Notes: a model not told the origin generated them from the letters alone. 33,849 bases of DNA from a virus (IMGVR_UViG_3300043120_000151:1-33849), one strand, 5' to 3'; positions 16,960 to 25,369 are shown, numbered from the stretch's first letter. Translations and numbers: made by a program.

Positions 16960-19727
16960 ACATGGTGGCCTCTGCACCGAGGTTGGACAGTGTGCTTGTA
17001 ACCAGCGCGCTCAATTTTCTGGACCCATTTGACCGCGAAACCGCGTATCTGCCGTGGCGACAGGGCATGACCCTGCACGCCTGCGTGCCGCCGGTGCTCA
17101 ATGTGCCAGCGGAGCTGGACGTGGTGCCGGTGCTGAACGGCCGCCTGCTCACGCTGCAGGAGGCAGAATGCGTGACTCTGCTGCCCTGCGATGCAGTAAC
17201 GTGGGTGGTGGTACCGCGCGGTGGTGGCGGGGGCGGGAAGAACATTATCAGCACGGTTGCTATGCTGGCCGTTCTCGTTGCCGCCAACGCAATGGGCCAG
17301 TGGTATGCGAACTATGCATTCATGGGGCCTATGCAGGCAGGGGCGGCTGCATCATGGGGGGTTGGTTCATACGCTATTGCAGGCGGCATCATGGCCGGAG
17401 GGGGCCTTGTTGTTTCTTCTCTGGCAAACTCTTCCATTTCTGCTCCTTCATATTCTGGCGGTGTTTCTTCCGCTGCGGCCGCGCTGGACGAATCGCCCAC
17501 GTATGGGTGGAATCCCGCCAACCCCACATCAAACGGCAGGCCGGTTGCCGTGGCGCTTGGCACCTGCACGCTGGCATCGCCCTTTAAGCTGGCGCAGTTT
17601 GTGACCACGGATGGCGACAAACAATTTCTGAACATGCTCTTTGCCTGCAGCGAGGGCGGTACAGCCGGTGAGGTGACGGTTTCTGACGTGCGCATAGACG
17701 GCAACCCTCCGGAAAACTATGAGGGCGTTGCGGTTACCATAAGCCCCGGCACGGCAGACCAGGATGTGATACCCGCCTTTGCTGATGCCGTGTATGAGCG
17801 ATCTGTTTCCCAAAAACTTTCCGCCAGCAAATGGGCAACGGTAGAGGGCAACGGCAACAATATTCAGGGCGTGGGGTTTGGCATATCAGCCCCTTCCGGC
17901 CTGTGGTTTGCCAACGACAAGGGCGGGCTTGACGCTGTTTCCATCGCCGTGGAGATGCGGCGCGCCCCTGTGGATACCGAGGATTGGGTAAGTCTTGGCA
18001 CCACAACCCTTTCCGCTGCGCAGCGCACTGCCGTGCGCCGGTATGTGCGGTACGACAGCCCTGCAGGGGGATGGCGCTATCAGGCTCGGCTTACGGCGGA
18101 GCCGCCCACAGGCAGCAGGTACAGCACGGACATATGGTGGGAATATATCCACGAGATTGTGCCGGATGATTTCCGCTACCCCAATACCGTGCTGCTGGCC
18201 GTAAAGGCTCTGGCAACGGATCAGCTTTCCGGCTCTGCGCCGCATGTGACCTGCACGGTCAGCCGCACGGCGGCCCTGCTGCCTGCCAGCGACGGCACCA
18301 CGGTTTCGCGCAGCCTTGCCAACCCTGCATGGGCGGCGCTGTTTGTGCTGCTGGACAGGCGTTTCGGCGGTCGGGTGCCAGCATCGCGCGTTTTGCTGGA
18401 GGAATTTGAGAGCGCTGCCGAGTGGTGCGACATGAAGGGCATTACCGGCTCTCTGTACATAGACAGCCGCATGACCGTGAAGGGCATAATGGAGCTGCTT
18501 GGCACCTTCGGGCGGTTCTCTGTTGTGCCGCGCGGCACGCGCATAGGCTGCTTCAGCGACAGACCGGCGGCGCTGCCTGATCAGGGATTTATTGCCGGTG
18601 AGGGCAATATCATTTCCGGCACGCTCGGCGTGAAGGCCATGAGCGTGAAGGACAGGGCAGACGCCATAGAGGTGACATGGTACCACCCCGAGCAGGGGCG
18701 CAAGGTGCTCACCCGGCGCAGCCCCTTCTATCATACGCTGACCACCCGCACGCCCATAACCAAGAGCGAAACCCTTGCCTGCTGCAACAGCTTTGAGCAG
18801 GCGTGGCAGTATGCGGGCTACCGCCTGAACTGCAACCGCTACATTATGCAGACGCTGGAGCTGACGGCCAGCCACGACGCCATTCACGTGCGGCACGGCG
18901 ATGTGCTGCAGGTGCCTGTGGACAGCGTGACATATGATCAATCGTGCCGGGTGCTGCGGGTTGTGAGCGCCACGCAGGTGCGGCTTTCCAAACCCGTGCG
19001 ACTGACGGGCGGCGCCACGCACAAGCTGGTGATACGGCACGGTGACGTGGTGCACCCTGACACGGGCCGCGAGCTGGTTGAGGAAGTGGCCCTGCAGGTG
19101 ACCGGCGCGGATGTGGAAACTGAGGTTGTCACCCTTGCCGCCCCGCTTGAGCACACGCCCATGGAAGGTGTGGTTTGTGCCGTTGGGCTGGTGGACAGGC
19201 GGTTGCCGTGGTTTCGCGTAACGCGCATTGGCCGCAGCCACAACGGGCGGCGCACCATAGAATGCCTTGAATACGCGCCGGAGGTCTATGCGGACGACGG
19301 CGAAGCGCCAGCCATTGCCGAGCCTGATTTCACCCCGCAGGCCAAGGGCCTGCAGCTCTCATACATGCAGATGGAAGAAGACGGGCTGACCAAGGCCCTG
19401 CCGCACATAACATGGCGCGGCAATGCTGTGGTGTGGAACATATTTGTGCGGCGCGTGGGCGGCAGCACAACGGCATGGCGGCTGCTCGATAGCACAAAGG
19501 AAACGGAATTCACCCTGCGCGGACTTGCGAACGGCTATATATGGCGTATTGCCGTAACCTCTACCATGGTTCCCGGTGACGGTGCCGTGGTGGATGTGGA
19601 TGCCACCAGCGACCTGCTGACCATGGGAACAATACGCCCCATCAACTCGGTGCTGACAGATGGTTCTGTTGTGCCGCTGTACACGGAAATTGACGGAGAA
19701 CTGATCCAGATCATGGAGGCATTCTGA
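16947..19727 (+). CDS. Central tail / host-specificity protein (gpI-gpJ-like fusion)
   Basis: AAGGGGG RBS before ATG 16947. Ubiquitin-like N-terminus with PRGGGGGGKN and a hydrophobic segment (gpI-like), then SPTYGW, YPNTVLLAVKALATDQLSG and NPAW (gpJ-like). Confidence 0.88.
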   Translation: MGSVNMVASAPRLDSVLVTSALNFLDPFDRETAYLPWRQGMTLHACVPPVLNVPAELDVVPVLNGRLLTLQEAECVTLLPCDAVTWVVVPRGGGGGGKNIISTVAMLAVLVAANAMGQWYANYAFMGPMQAGAAASWGVGSYAIAGGIMAGGGLVVSSLANSSISAPSYSGGVSSAAAALDESPTYGWNPANPTSNGRPVAVALGTCTLASPFKLAQFVTTDGDKQFLNMLFACSEGGTAGEVTVSDVRIDGNPPENYEGVAVTISPGTADQDVIPAFADAVYERSVSQKLSASKWATVEGNGNNIQGVGFGISAPSGLWFANDKGGLDAVSIAVEMRRAPVDTEDWVSLGTTTLSAAQRTAVRRYVRYDSPAGGWRYQARLTAEPPTGSRYSTDIWWEYIHEIVPDDFRYPNTVLLAVKALATDQLSGSAPHVTCTVSRTAALLPASDGTTVSRSLANPAWAALFVLLDRRFGGRVPASRVLLEEFESAAEWCDMKGITGSLYIDSRMTVKGIMELLGTFGRFSVVPRGTRIGCFSDRPAALPDQGFIAGEGNIISGTLGVKAMSVKDRADAIEVTWYHPEQGRKVLTRRSPFYHTLTTRTPITKSETLACCNSFEQAWQYAGYRLNCNRYIMQTLELTASHDAIHVRHGDVLQVPVDSVTYDQSCRVLRVVSATQVRLSKPVRLTGGATHKLVIRHGDVVHPDTGRELVEEVALQVTGADVETEVVTLAAPLEHTPMEGVVCAVGLVDRRLPWFRVTRIGRSHNGRRTIECLEYAPEVYADDGEAPAIAEPDFTPQAKGLQLSYMQMEEDGLTKALPHITWRGNAVVWNIFVRRVGGSTTAWRLLDSTKETEFTLRGLANGYIWRIAVTSTMVPGDGAVVDVDATSDLLTMGTIRPINSVLTDGSVVPLYTEIDGELIQIMEAF

Positions 19728-21208
19728 TGACAATAATGCATAGAGACCAGAAAGGGACGCAGGTGCACGTTATCCACTTTGCGGAATACCCAGACGCTGC
19801 AGCCCGCGAGTCGGACACATCGCTTGATTCCACGCATGAGGGCAAAATTGCGTTGCAGCTTGACGATGGCAGCTTCTGGCGCTTGCTCTCAGGCGGCAGC
19901 ACTCCGGAGTGGGAGCGTTTCGGGCGAGCCGGTACGGCGTCTCTGCGCAACGTAGGCACAGGTGACAATGATGTTGCAACCGTAGGAACGGTTAAAAGCC
20001 TGTCGAACGCGTATATGTATGTTCCTCAGTCTGTCGTAAGGGGTATTGTAGGCAAGCGCCCCGAGGGATGGAGTGCTGCCGAATGCGCAACCCAGACAAT
20101 TGCGCTGCTCGGGAACACGCTTTCCAAGCATCGCGGGGCGTGGAGCCCGTCCGGTGTTGCCAGCGCGAGCAGTACCTATAGTGCCGCATATCCTGCATGG
20201 AGTGCTGTGGATGGTATAGCGAACACCTTGTGGCTCTCTGCGGATGTGTTCCCCGGTGCTGTGGGTAGCGCAATATTCATCTACGAGCTACCGGCCCCTA
20301 GAGATTTTGATTCCATTGAGTTTTCGGAATTCAACGGTTCCGGTTCAACGGCCGCATTCCCCAAGAACTTTGACATATACATTGACGGTGCTCTGAACAC
20401 GTCTGTAGTCGGCGCTGTTACCGCAGGCGCTAACGTCATAAAGTCGTTTCCCCTCACAACCCCGGTTGCCGGAGGTAAAAAAGTTGAGTTGCGCATTACA
20501 GCCACAAACGGATTGGCGCGAACAGGATTCAACAACTTCGGGATTGGATTCACGGACGTTGGAGCCGCGAGTGTGGGGGCTGTGCAGGGTCTGCAGGTAG
20601 CCTATGCAGAGAAAGGACAGGTGAAGCTCTCTGAGCCTGCCCCGGCTGTTCTTGCGCGTGCACTTACCGGAGAGCCTGACGGCCGCTATTTCATTGCGGC
20701 AAACCTTAATGCTGACGGTTCCCACGCATCGCTCACATACACAGGCATACGCCCTGAAGTGGGGAATGTTCGTGCTGTTGTCGGCGCAGACCTGTACGAT
20801 CCCGCGACAGTAACCATGATAGATTCCGGAAATGCAGAAGTGCGCCGCGTGTATCTGGGGTATGTGGACAAGTCTGGTGACGACGTGATTGCGTTCAGCT
20901 TCTTTGCCGGACGATCTGCAAAGATTCCCCTCAATGCAGGGGGTAATATCGGCATAGGGGCGCAGTACAAAACGGAGATCCCCTTCCTCTCCAATGAACT
21001 GCCCAGTGTAATGAGGTATGACAGCACGAGGGGGTGGTCGCACATGAATGATCTGTTTATCTCCGCAACAGGGAAATACGGATATTCTGCATCGTGGCTG
21101 GATGAAGAAGATCATTTTATAAAATTTGATAACTACGTTGACTATTTAACGGACGGAAGCAACATCACGAGCGCAAAGGCTGTGCTCGAGTTTTACAGGG
21201 GGTATTAG
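19727..21208 (+). CDS. Tail fibre / receptor-binding protein with a discoidin (F5/8C)-like domain
   Basis: ASASSTYS..YPAWSAVDG...W...FPKNFDIY motif; followed by a fibre assembly gene. Confidence 0.75.
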   Translation: MTIMHRDQKGTQVHVIHFAEYPDAAARESDTSLDSTHEGKIALQLDDGSFWRLLSGGSTPEWERFGRAGTASLRNVGTGDNDVATVGTVKSLSNAYMYVPQSVVRGIVGKRPEGWSAAECATQTIALLGNTLSKHRGAWSPSGVASASSTYSAAYPAWSAVDGIANTLWLSADVFPGAVGSAIFIYELPAPRDFDSIEFSEFNGSGSTAAFPKNFDIYIDGALNTSVVGAVTAGANVIKSFPLTTPVAGGKKVELRITATNGLARTGFNNFGIGFTDVGAASVGAVQGLQVAYAEKGQVKLSEPAPAVLARALTGEPDGRYFIAANLNADGSHASLTYTGIRPEVGNVRAVVGADLYDPATVTMIDSGNAEVRRVYLGYVDKSGDDVIAFSFFAGRSAKIPLNAGGNIGIGAQYKTEIPFLSNELPSVMRYDSTRGWSHMNDLFISATGKYGYSASWLDEEDHFIKFDNYVDYLTDGSNITSAKAVLEFYRGY

Positions 21209-21209
21209 G

Positions 21210-21527
21210 ATGGCACAATTTGCAATCCCGGGAGAATCTGTTGTGCATGTGGGGTACTGCCCTGACGGTGCCGTGCTCATGATCGAGGACCGCCCGACAT
21301 GTGACGCAGTGGCTCAGGCTGACGGGACGTGGGGCTACTGCGCAGAGACAATACGGGCCGAACGTGACAGGCGGCTTGCGAGTTGCGACTTTACCCAGCT
21401 GCCCGATGCCCCCATTTCTGCCGCCCAGAAGGCGAAATGGAGTGCCTACCGGCAGGAACTGCGGGATATTCCCCTGCAGGCAGGGTTTCCCAATTCTGTT
21501 GTCTGGCCCATCGCACCGGAGGAATAG
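21210..21527 (+). CDS. Tail fibre assembly chaperone
   Basis: IRAERDRRLASCDFTQLPDAP...WSAYRQELRDIP.Q.GFP..V.WP motif. Confidence 0.9.
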   Translation: MAQFAIPGESVVHVGYCPDGAVLMIEDRPTCDAVAQADGTWGYCAETIRAERDRRLASCDFTQLPDAPISAAQKAKWSAYRQELRDIPLQAGFPNSVVWPIAPEE

Positions 21528-21529
21528 CC

Positions 21530-21775
21530 ATGGCTGACATAATAGACACCGCCAGCGAGCAGGAAACGCGCGAACGGGAGGCGGCCATATCCGCCGCCGT
21601 GGTTGAACTGAACTACCCCGCGCCGGAGTATGAGCACGGGGTGGCGATGTGCGTTGACTGCGGTGAGCCCATACCGGCCGAGCGGATCAGGGCTATGCCT
21701 GCCTGCGGGCTGTGCGTGGAATGTGCTGAAGAATGGGCGCAGGAACAGGCGCGTATGCAGGGGCTGGCAGCGTAA
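21530..21775 (+). CDS. TraR/DksA family C4 zinc-finger protein
   Basis: N-terminal MADIIDTASE (DxxDxA) and CVDCGEPIPAERIRAMPACGLCVEC. Confidence 0.92.
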   Translation: MADIIDTASEQETREREAAISAAVVELNYPAPEYEHGVAMCVDCGEPIPAERIRAMPACGLCVECAEEWAQEQARMQGLAA

Positions 21776-21787
21776 GATACGGTGAGA

Positions 21788-21813
21788 GAAAAGCCCCCTT
21801 TCGGGGGCTTTTC
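21788..21813. terminator. Bidirectional intrinsic terminator
   Basis: GAAAAGCCCCC-TTTC-GGGGGCTTTTC between convergent genes. Confidence 0.9.
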
Positions 21814-21985
21814 ATTTCTCGTGATTCTCTGCACGGGTAATTTTCTCGTACCAGTCTGCGATTGCTTCCTCAACCGCCTGCCCGATGGTGATTCCCTGCA
21901 TGGCGGCCGCGGCTTTGATCTTGCGGCGGGTGTCTTCGGAAACGCCTTTTACCTGCCACGGGGGGATTGGTTTGGTGGTGGTCAT
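21812..21985 (-). CDS. Small ribbon-helix-helix-like regulator (57 aa), Aca-like position
   Basis: PWQVKGVSEDTRRKIKAAAAMQGITIGQAVEEAI strand-helix-helix pattern; AGGA RBS before ATG 21985. Confidence 0.7.
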   Translation of the reverse strand: MTTTKPIPPWQVKGVSEDTRRKIKAAAAMQGITIGQAVEEAIADWYEKITRAENHEK

Positions 21986-21995
21986 GGTTTGCGTC

Positions 21996-22217
21996 CTAGC
22001 GTTCATCGATCTTTATGTATGCAGCATCATCCCAAGGGTACATACCAGCATCGTCTATGTCGTCTACGCCGGGGAGATCAGAAAAGTCCCACGTCACGCG
22101 TACATCGTTGCCGTTGTTGTCCGTACCAGATGCTGCAAACTCATACATGGCGCGGTTGGTAGGCTCTGCGTCCGTCAGAGTGTAAGCTGTACCGTTGATG
22201 GTGATCTGAGTAGCCAT
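21996..22217 (-). CDS. Small acidic protein (73 aa), candidate anti-defence / anti-CRISPR
   Basis: AAGGAG RBS; 15 D/E versus 4 K/R; first gene behind a near-consensus promoter. The CDS is well supported, the function is inferred. Confidence 0.7.
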   Translation of the reverse strand: MATQITINGTAYTLTDAEPTNRAMYEFAASGTDNNGNDVRVTWDFSDLPGVDDIDDAGMYPWDDAAYIKIDER

Positions 22218-22270
22218 GTTTTATCTCCTTGGTTTGTTCCGGCTGCCCCATTGCTGCCGTTGTTGAGTAC

Positions 22271-22299
22271 ATACTAGTAATGCCAGCACTACCTGTCAA
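22271..22299 (-). promoter_or_regulatory. Strong sigma70 promoter with operator palindrome in the spacer
   Basis: Minus strand TTGACA-17 bp-TAGTAT; spacer contains GTAGTGC-TG-GCATTAC (1 mismatch); AT-rich UP-like tract at 22311-22330. Confidence 0.85.
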
Positions 22300-22320
22300 C
22301 ACCTATTCTCACATTTTTTC

Positions 22321-22359
22321 AAAAAAAGAATACGCCCCCGCTCCAACCGGAACGGGGGC
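22321..22359 (-). terminator. Intrinsic terminator after the PAS-HTH gene
   Basis: Minus strand GCCCCCGTTCC-GGTT-GGAGCGGGGGC then GTATTCTTTTTTT. Confidence 0.7.
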
Positions 22360-22370
22360 TTTGCTGTTTG

Positions 22371-23288
22371 TTACTCCCTATCCTCCCTCTTCGGCGCGCC
22401 CCTGCCCGTGAGCAGCCAGTCCGCGCTTGCCCCTGTGCGGTTGAAACAATCCACTATCCAGCCGGGCGGCACGTCGTCTGCCTGCCGCCTGCGGCTGATG
22501 GTTGTGGGGCTCACCCCCATGGCTCTGGCCAGCGCGGCCGCGCTCGGCACATCGTATGCCAGCATGAGCCTGTCCACTATCTGCTCACCCACGGGACCGA
22601 GCAGTCTGGTGGTGGAGTAATAGCGACCCGTGCCACTCTCGCCCATGCGGTAGACAATGCGCACCACCACCCGCCGCATGCCCGTGCGGCGCTGGCCCGT
22701 CACCTGCCCGATAATTACCTGCCCCGGCCGCGCCTTGGCCTGCTCGAACCTCTCGCGCAGCATTTCCGCTTCGCCGCCGTGCACAAGGTCCGTTGCCAGC
22801 TGCCCTGTGCTGGTACGGGCAATGCTGTCTCTGTCGCCCTGCGCGGCGAGGATGCGGTAATCCTCGTTGAGTATCCACAGGTTATCCACGGGGCTGCCTG
22901 CAATCTGCCGGGCATATTGCAGCTCAAGCGCCAGATACTGCGCCAGCGGCAGCACAGTGGTTATGCTGCCGGCAAGGCTTTGGGCATCGTCCGGAGTATA
23001 TGCGGGGCATGTTTCCCAGCGCACCGGCACGGGCCTGCCGCCTGCGGTGATAATGATATCCGCCGCGCAGCTGCGCCGCGAATCCAGCGCGGTATCGTCC
23101 ACAGTCTGCGGGCTGGCATCCACAGGCGCAAGGTGGGCTGGCAGGCCCAGAGTGCGCGGGTTGCCCCACAATTTGAGGAATGCGGTGTTGGCATGCTCCA
23201 CCATGCCTGCGGCATCGCGCAGCACGGCGGGGCGTTCCATTGCGTCCACGAGAGACGCGAGTACGGTTGCAATAGTCTGATGTACCAC
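22371..23288 (-). CDS. PAS-PAS-HTH regulator with C-terminal phage CI-type HTH
   Basis: LVDAMERPAVLRDAAGMVEHANTAFLKLWG (PAS start); second PAS-like region (LWILNEDYRIL...DLVH...ERFEQAK); C-terminal IVDRLMLAY...ALARAMGVSPTTISRR...SADWLLTG. Start codon uncertain. Confidence 0.75.
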   Translation of the reverse strand: MVHQTIATVLASLVDAMERPAVLRDAAGMVEHANTAFLKLWGNPRTLGLPAHLAPVDASPQTVDDTALDSRRSCAADIIITAGGRPVPVRWETCPAYTPDDAQSLAGSITTVLPLAQYLALELQYARQIAGSPVDNLWILNEDYRILAAQGDRDSIARTSTGQLATDLVHGGEAEMLRERFEQAKARPGQVIIGQVTGQRRTGMRRVVVRIVYRMGESGTGRYYSTTRLLGPVGEQIVDRLMLAYDVPSAAALARAMGVSPTTISRRRQADDVPPGWIVDCFNRTGASADWLLTGRGAPKREDRE

Positions 23289-23425
23289 GATTGACCCTGA
23301 AGTTGATTTGTTGACCTACGCGCACCTTGTATATCATGCGGGCGGGTTTGTGTTGACTATATGTTATCAGTACATGCTATGCGGATTACCTATCTCATTG
23401 TCCTGATAACAGTATGGAGGATGGT

Positions 23426-23656
23426 ATGGCGGATGATACGACCGAGGGAAGGCGCCCCGGCTGCATGGCAGCCGAGCTGCGGGGTGGATCTGCTGCGCTC
23501 GCGCTGGTGCGGCAGCATGTGGGGGATGATGCAGGGCATGTGCTGCTGCTGGTGCAGCGCAGCATGGAGGCGATGGCCACAGCCTGCATAGCGGGGGATT
23601 GCACGCGCTGCAAGACGGCGACAGGAGGGCGCTGCCCTCTGGCAGGGGATAACTGA
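23426..23656 (+). CDS. Small Cys-containing protein (76 aa) divergent from the PAS-HTH gene
   Basis: GGAGG RBS 5 nt before ATG 23426; C-x4-C-x2-C-x7-C tail; own terminator downstream. Confidence 0.6.
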   Translation: MADDTTEGRRPGCMAAELRGGSAALALVRQHVGDDAGHVLLLVQRSMEAMATACIAGDCTRCKTATGGRCPLAGDN

Positions 23657-23693
23657 TTTGGAGGGGGCTATAAAGCGGGGGTGGAAAATGAGA

Positions 23694-23728
23694 GCGGCGG
23701 CCGCGCTGGGGTAGCGGGCCGCCGTTTT
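23694..23728 (+). terminator. Intrinsic terminator between the small ORF and the convergent lipoprotein gene
   Basis: GCGGCGGCC(G)CGCT-loop-AGCGGGCCGCCGT followed by a T run. Confidence 0.65.
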
Positions 23729-23729
23729 G

Positions 23730-24338
23730 TTACTTGAAGGGCTTTAGCATTTTGTATGAGACTTCGATGTTTGAAGCCTTGAGGATTTCAAACCGTGCGC
23801 CTTTTACCCCGACTACCGGATCTTCCGAAATATCGAAGGTCAGGTCTTGGCTGTAACTCGGTCGGGCCATGTCGTTGGTAAATTCCCGATAGGAAAAGTA
23901 CACGTTGTCTTTGCTCCTGCCATTATAGAGCAGTTGCTGGCGGAAATAGTTTGAGGACTGCAGCACAATGTCCTTGGTTACAGTCTTTGCCCCAATCTTT
24001 TCCAGAGCACCGGCAAGGCCGAGCTTGTCAAAATAAATCTCTTGCATGTGCGGGGGCATGATGCCCTGCCTGCACAGGATATAGCGCCCCTTGTATCTTT
24101 CGATAAACACGTCGCCTACAGCAAGCTGAGTTGCGTTGTCGGCAGGAAGCTCGACAACCTCAATCCCCTGATACACGGCCAAAGTACCTTGGTCGCACAT
24201 TGGGTCGCCTACCTCCACGGTATGGACCTCCCCGATCTTCGGGAAGTCCGCGCTTTTGTAGGTTGGCGGGATTGGTTCCAGTGTTGCGCAAGCAGTAAGC
24301 AACAGCAGCAGTAAAGCAGAACAGATAGCCCTGATCAC
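23730..24338 (-). CDS. Lipoprotein probably co-transcribed with the repressor (candidate superinfection exclusion)
   Basis: MIRAICSALLLLLLTA-C lipobox; 17 bp downstream of the repressor stop; AAGGGGG RBS; looks lower in GC than its neighbours. Confidence 0.8.
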   Translation of the reverse strand: MIRAICSALLLLLLTACATLEPIPPTYKSADFPKIGEVHTVEVGDPMCDQGTLAVYQGIEVVELPADNATQLAVGDVFIERYKGRYILCRQGIMPPHMQEIYFDKLGLAGALEKIGAKTVTKDIVLQSSNYFRQQLLYNGRSKDNVYFSYREFTNDMARPSYSQDLTFDISEDPVVGVKGARFEILKASNIEVSYKMLKPFK

Positions 24339-24355
24339 GATAACCCCCTTAAAGT

Positions 24356-25357
24356 TTACGCCCGCCTCTTCACATATACGACAGGCGCAATCACGGTAAC
24401 GGATTTTCTATCCACATCCAAATGGAAAACACCCGCGCCGTTGCGCTTGGGCAGCCAGCCATGCAACCTCACCATGCCTTTACGGTCCGGTGAATCGCCG
24501 AGCCACAGCTTGATGGTGGCCCGCCCATCTGCTTCCACATACACGGCGTCGCCTTGTTCCGGTGCGCGGTCGGGGTCGCAGTAGCAGACCATGCCCTCGC
24601 GGATGCCCTCCGGCAGCATGCTATCCCCCACGGGCAGCGCGGCAAAGGCGCGCGGGCCTAAGCCTGCCAGCCTGTCCACATCCACGGCCATGCGGCGGCC
24701 TGTTTCCCACCCCTGCACACCACATGGAGCAAGGCCGGTAACCGGAAGCTTGCCAATAGCCGCAGCCTGCAGGGGCGGGACGGGGGGTATCAAATTTTGC
24801 ACGGCAGTTGTCAAAGATTCCTTGTCTACTGCCGTCTGCTGGGTTGCCTTCTTTCCATCCATGCCCGTGCGCGGGTCGCCCATGCCGAGCAGAAGCCAAT
24901 CCGGATGCAGGCCGAACACGCTGGCCAGCTTTTCCAGATCATCACTGCTGGGGCGCTGCCCCTTCTTCCATGCCTGATGCTTGCCGTGGGTAATGCCCGC
25001 TTCCTTGGCGAACTGCAGTTCGCTCATGGGCAGCTGGTTGTCTGCGGCGAACTTCTTCCACGCCTTCATGATCACGGGATATTGCGCGGCCCAATCTGCG
25101 CGCGGGGCATCGTCCGGAATGGTGCGGCCTTCGGGCTGGCCCTCGCCTGTGAGCAGCCATGTGGGGGAGATGCCGCACTTGCGGGCAATGGATTCGAGAT
25201 CGTTGGCGCTTGGGCGCTGCCCCGTCTTCCAGACATGAACCTTGCTCGTAGACTCCCCAAGGAAGTCGGAAACACCCTTCCCACTTCGCGACACATTATC
25301 AGAAATCTTGAAAATAATTTCTGAAATAATTTCAAATTGTTTGGCGAAGTTTTGCAT
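24356..25357 (-). CDS. CI-like repressor with two tandem HTH domains and S24 peptidase domain
   Basis: Two WKxGQRPSxxDL...GxxPxWLLxGxGxP units; APCG cleavage-type site; GDSM Ser motif and ATIK Lys motif. Start at 25357 is supported by alignment of the two units. Confidence 0.9.
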   Translation of the reverse strand: MQNFAKQFEIISEIIFKISDNVSRSGKGVSDFLGESTSKVHVWKTGQRPSANDLESIARKCGISPTWLLTGEGQPEGRTIPDDAPRADWAAQYPVIMKAWKKFAADNQLPMSELQFAKEAGITHGKHQAWKKGQRPSSDDLEKLASVFGLHPDWLLLGMGDPRTGMDGKKATQQTAVDKESLTTAVQNLIPPVPPLQAAAIGKLPVTGLAPCGVQGWETGRRMAVDVDRLAGLGPRAFAALPVGDSMLPEGIREGMVCYCDPDRAPEQGDAVYVEADGRATIKLWLGDSPDRKGMVRLHGWLPKRNGAGVFHLDVDRKSVTVIAPVVYVKRRA

Positions 25358-25369
25358 AATTATAAAACC

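Noticed and set aside
19727-21775. Diversity-generating retroelement or invertible tail fibre system
   Set aside because: No reverse transcriptase, no invertase, no second fibre-end copy and no template/variable repeat pair seen in the window.
21812-22217. Type II toxin-antitoxin interpretation of the two small genes
   Set aside because: The partner is strongly acidic with no RelE, HicA, PIN or similar toxin motif, and it precedes the RHH gene. Disfavoured but not excluded.
22368-23294. 308-aa plus-strand ORF over the PAS-HTH gene
   Set aside because: Antisense shadow; the minus-strand frame has the recognisable PAS and HTH motifs.
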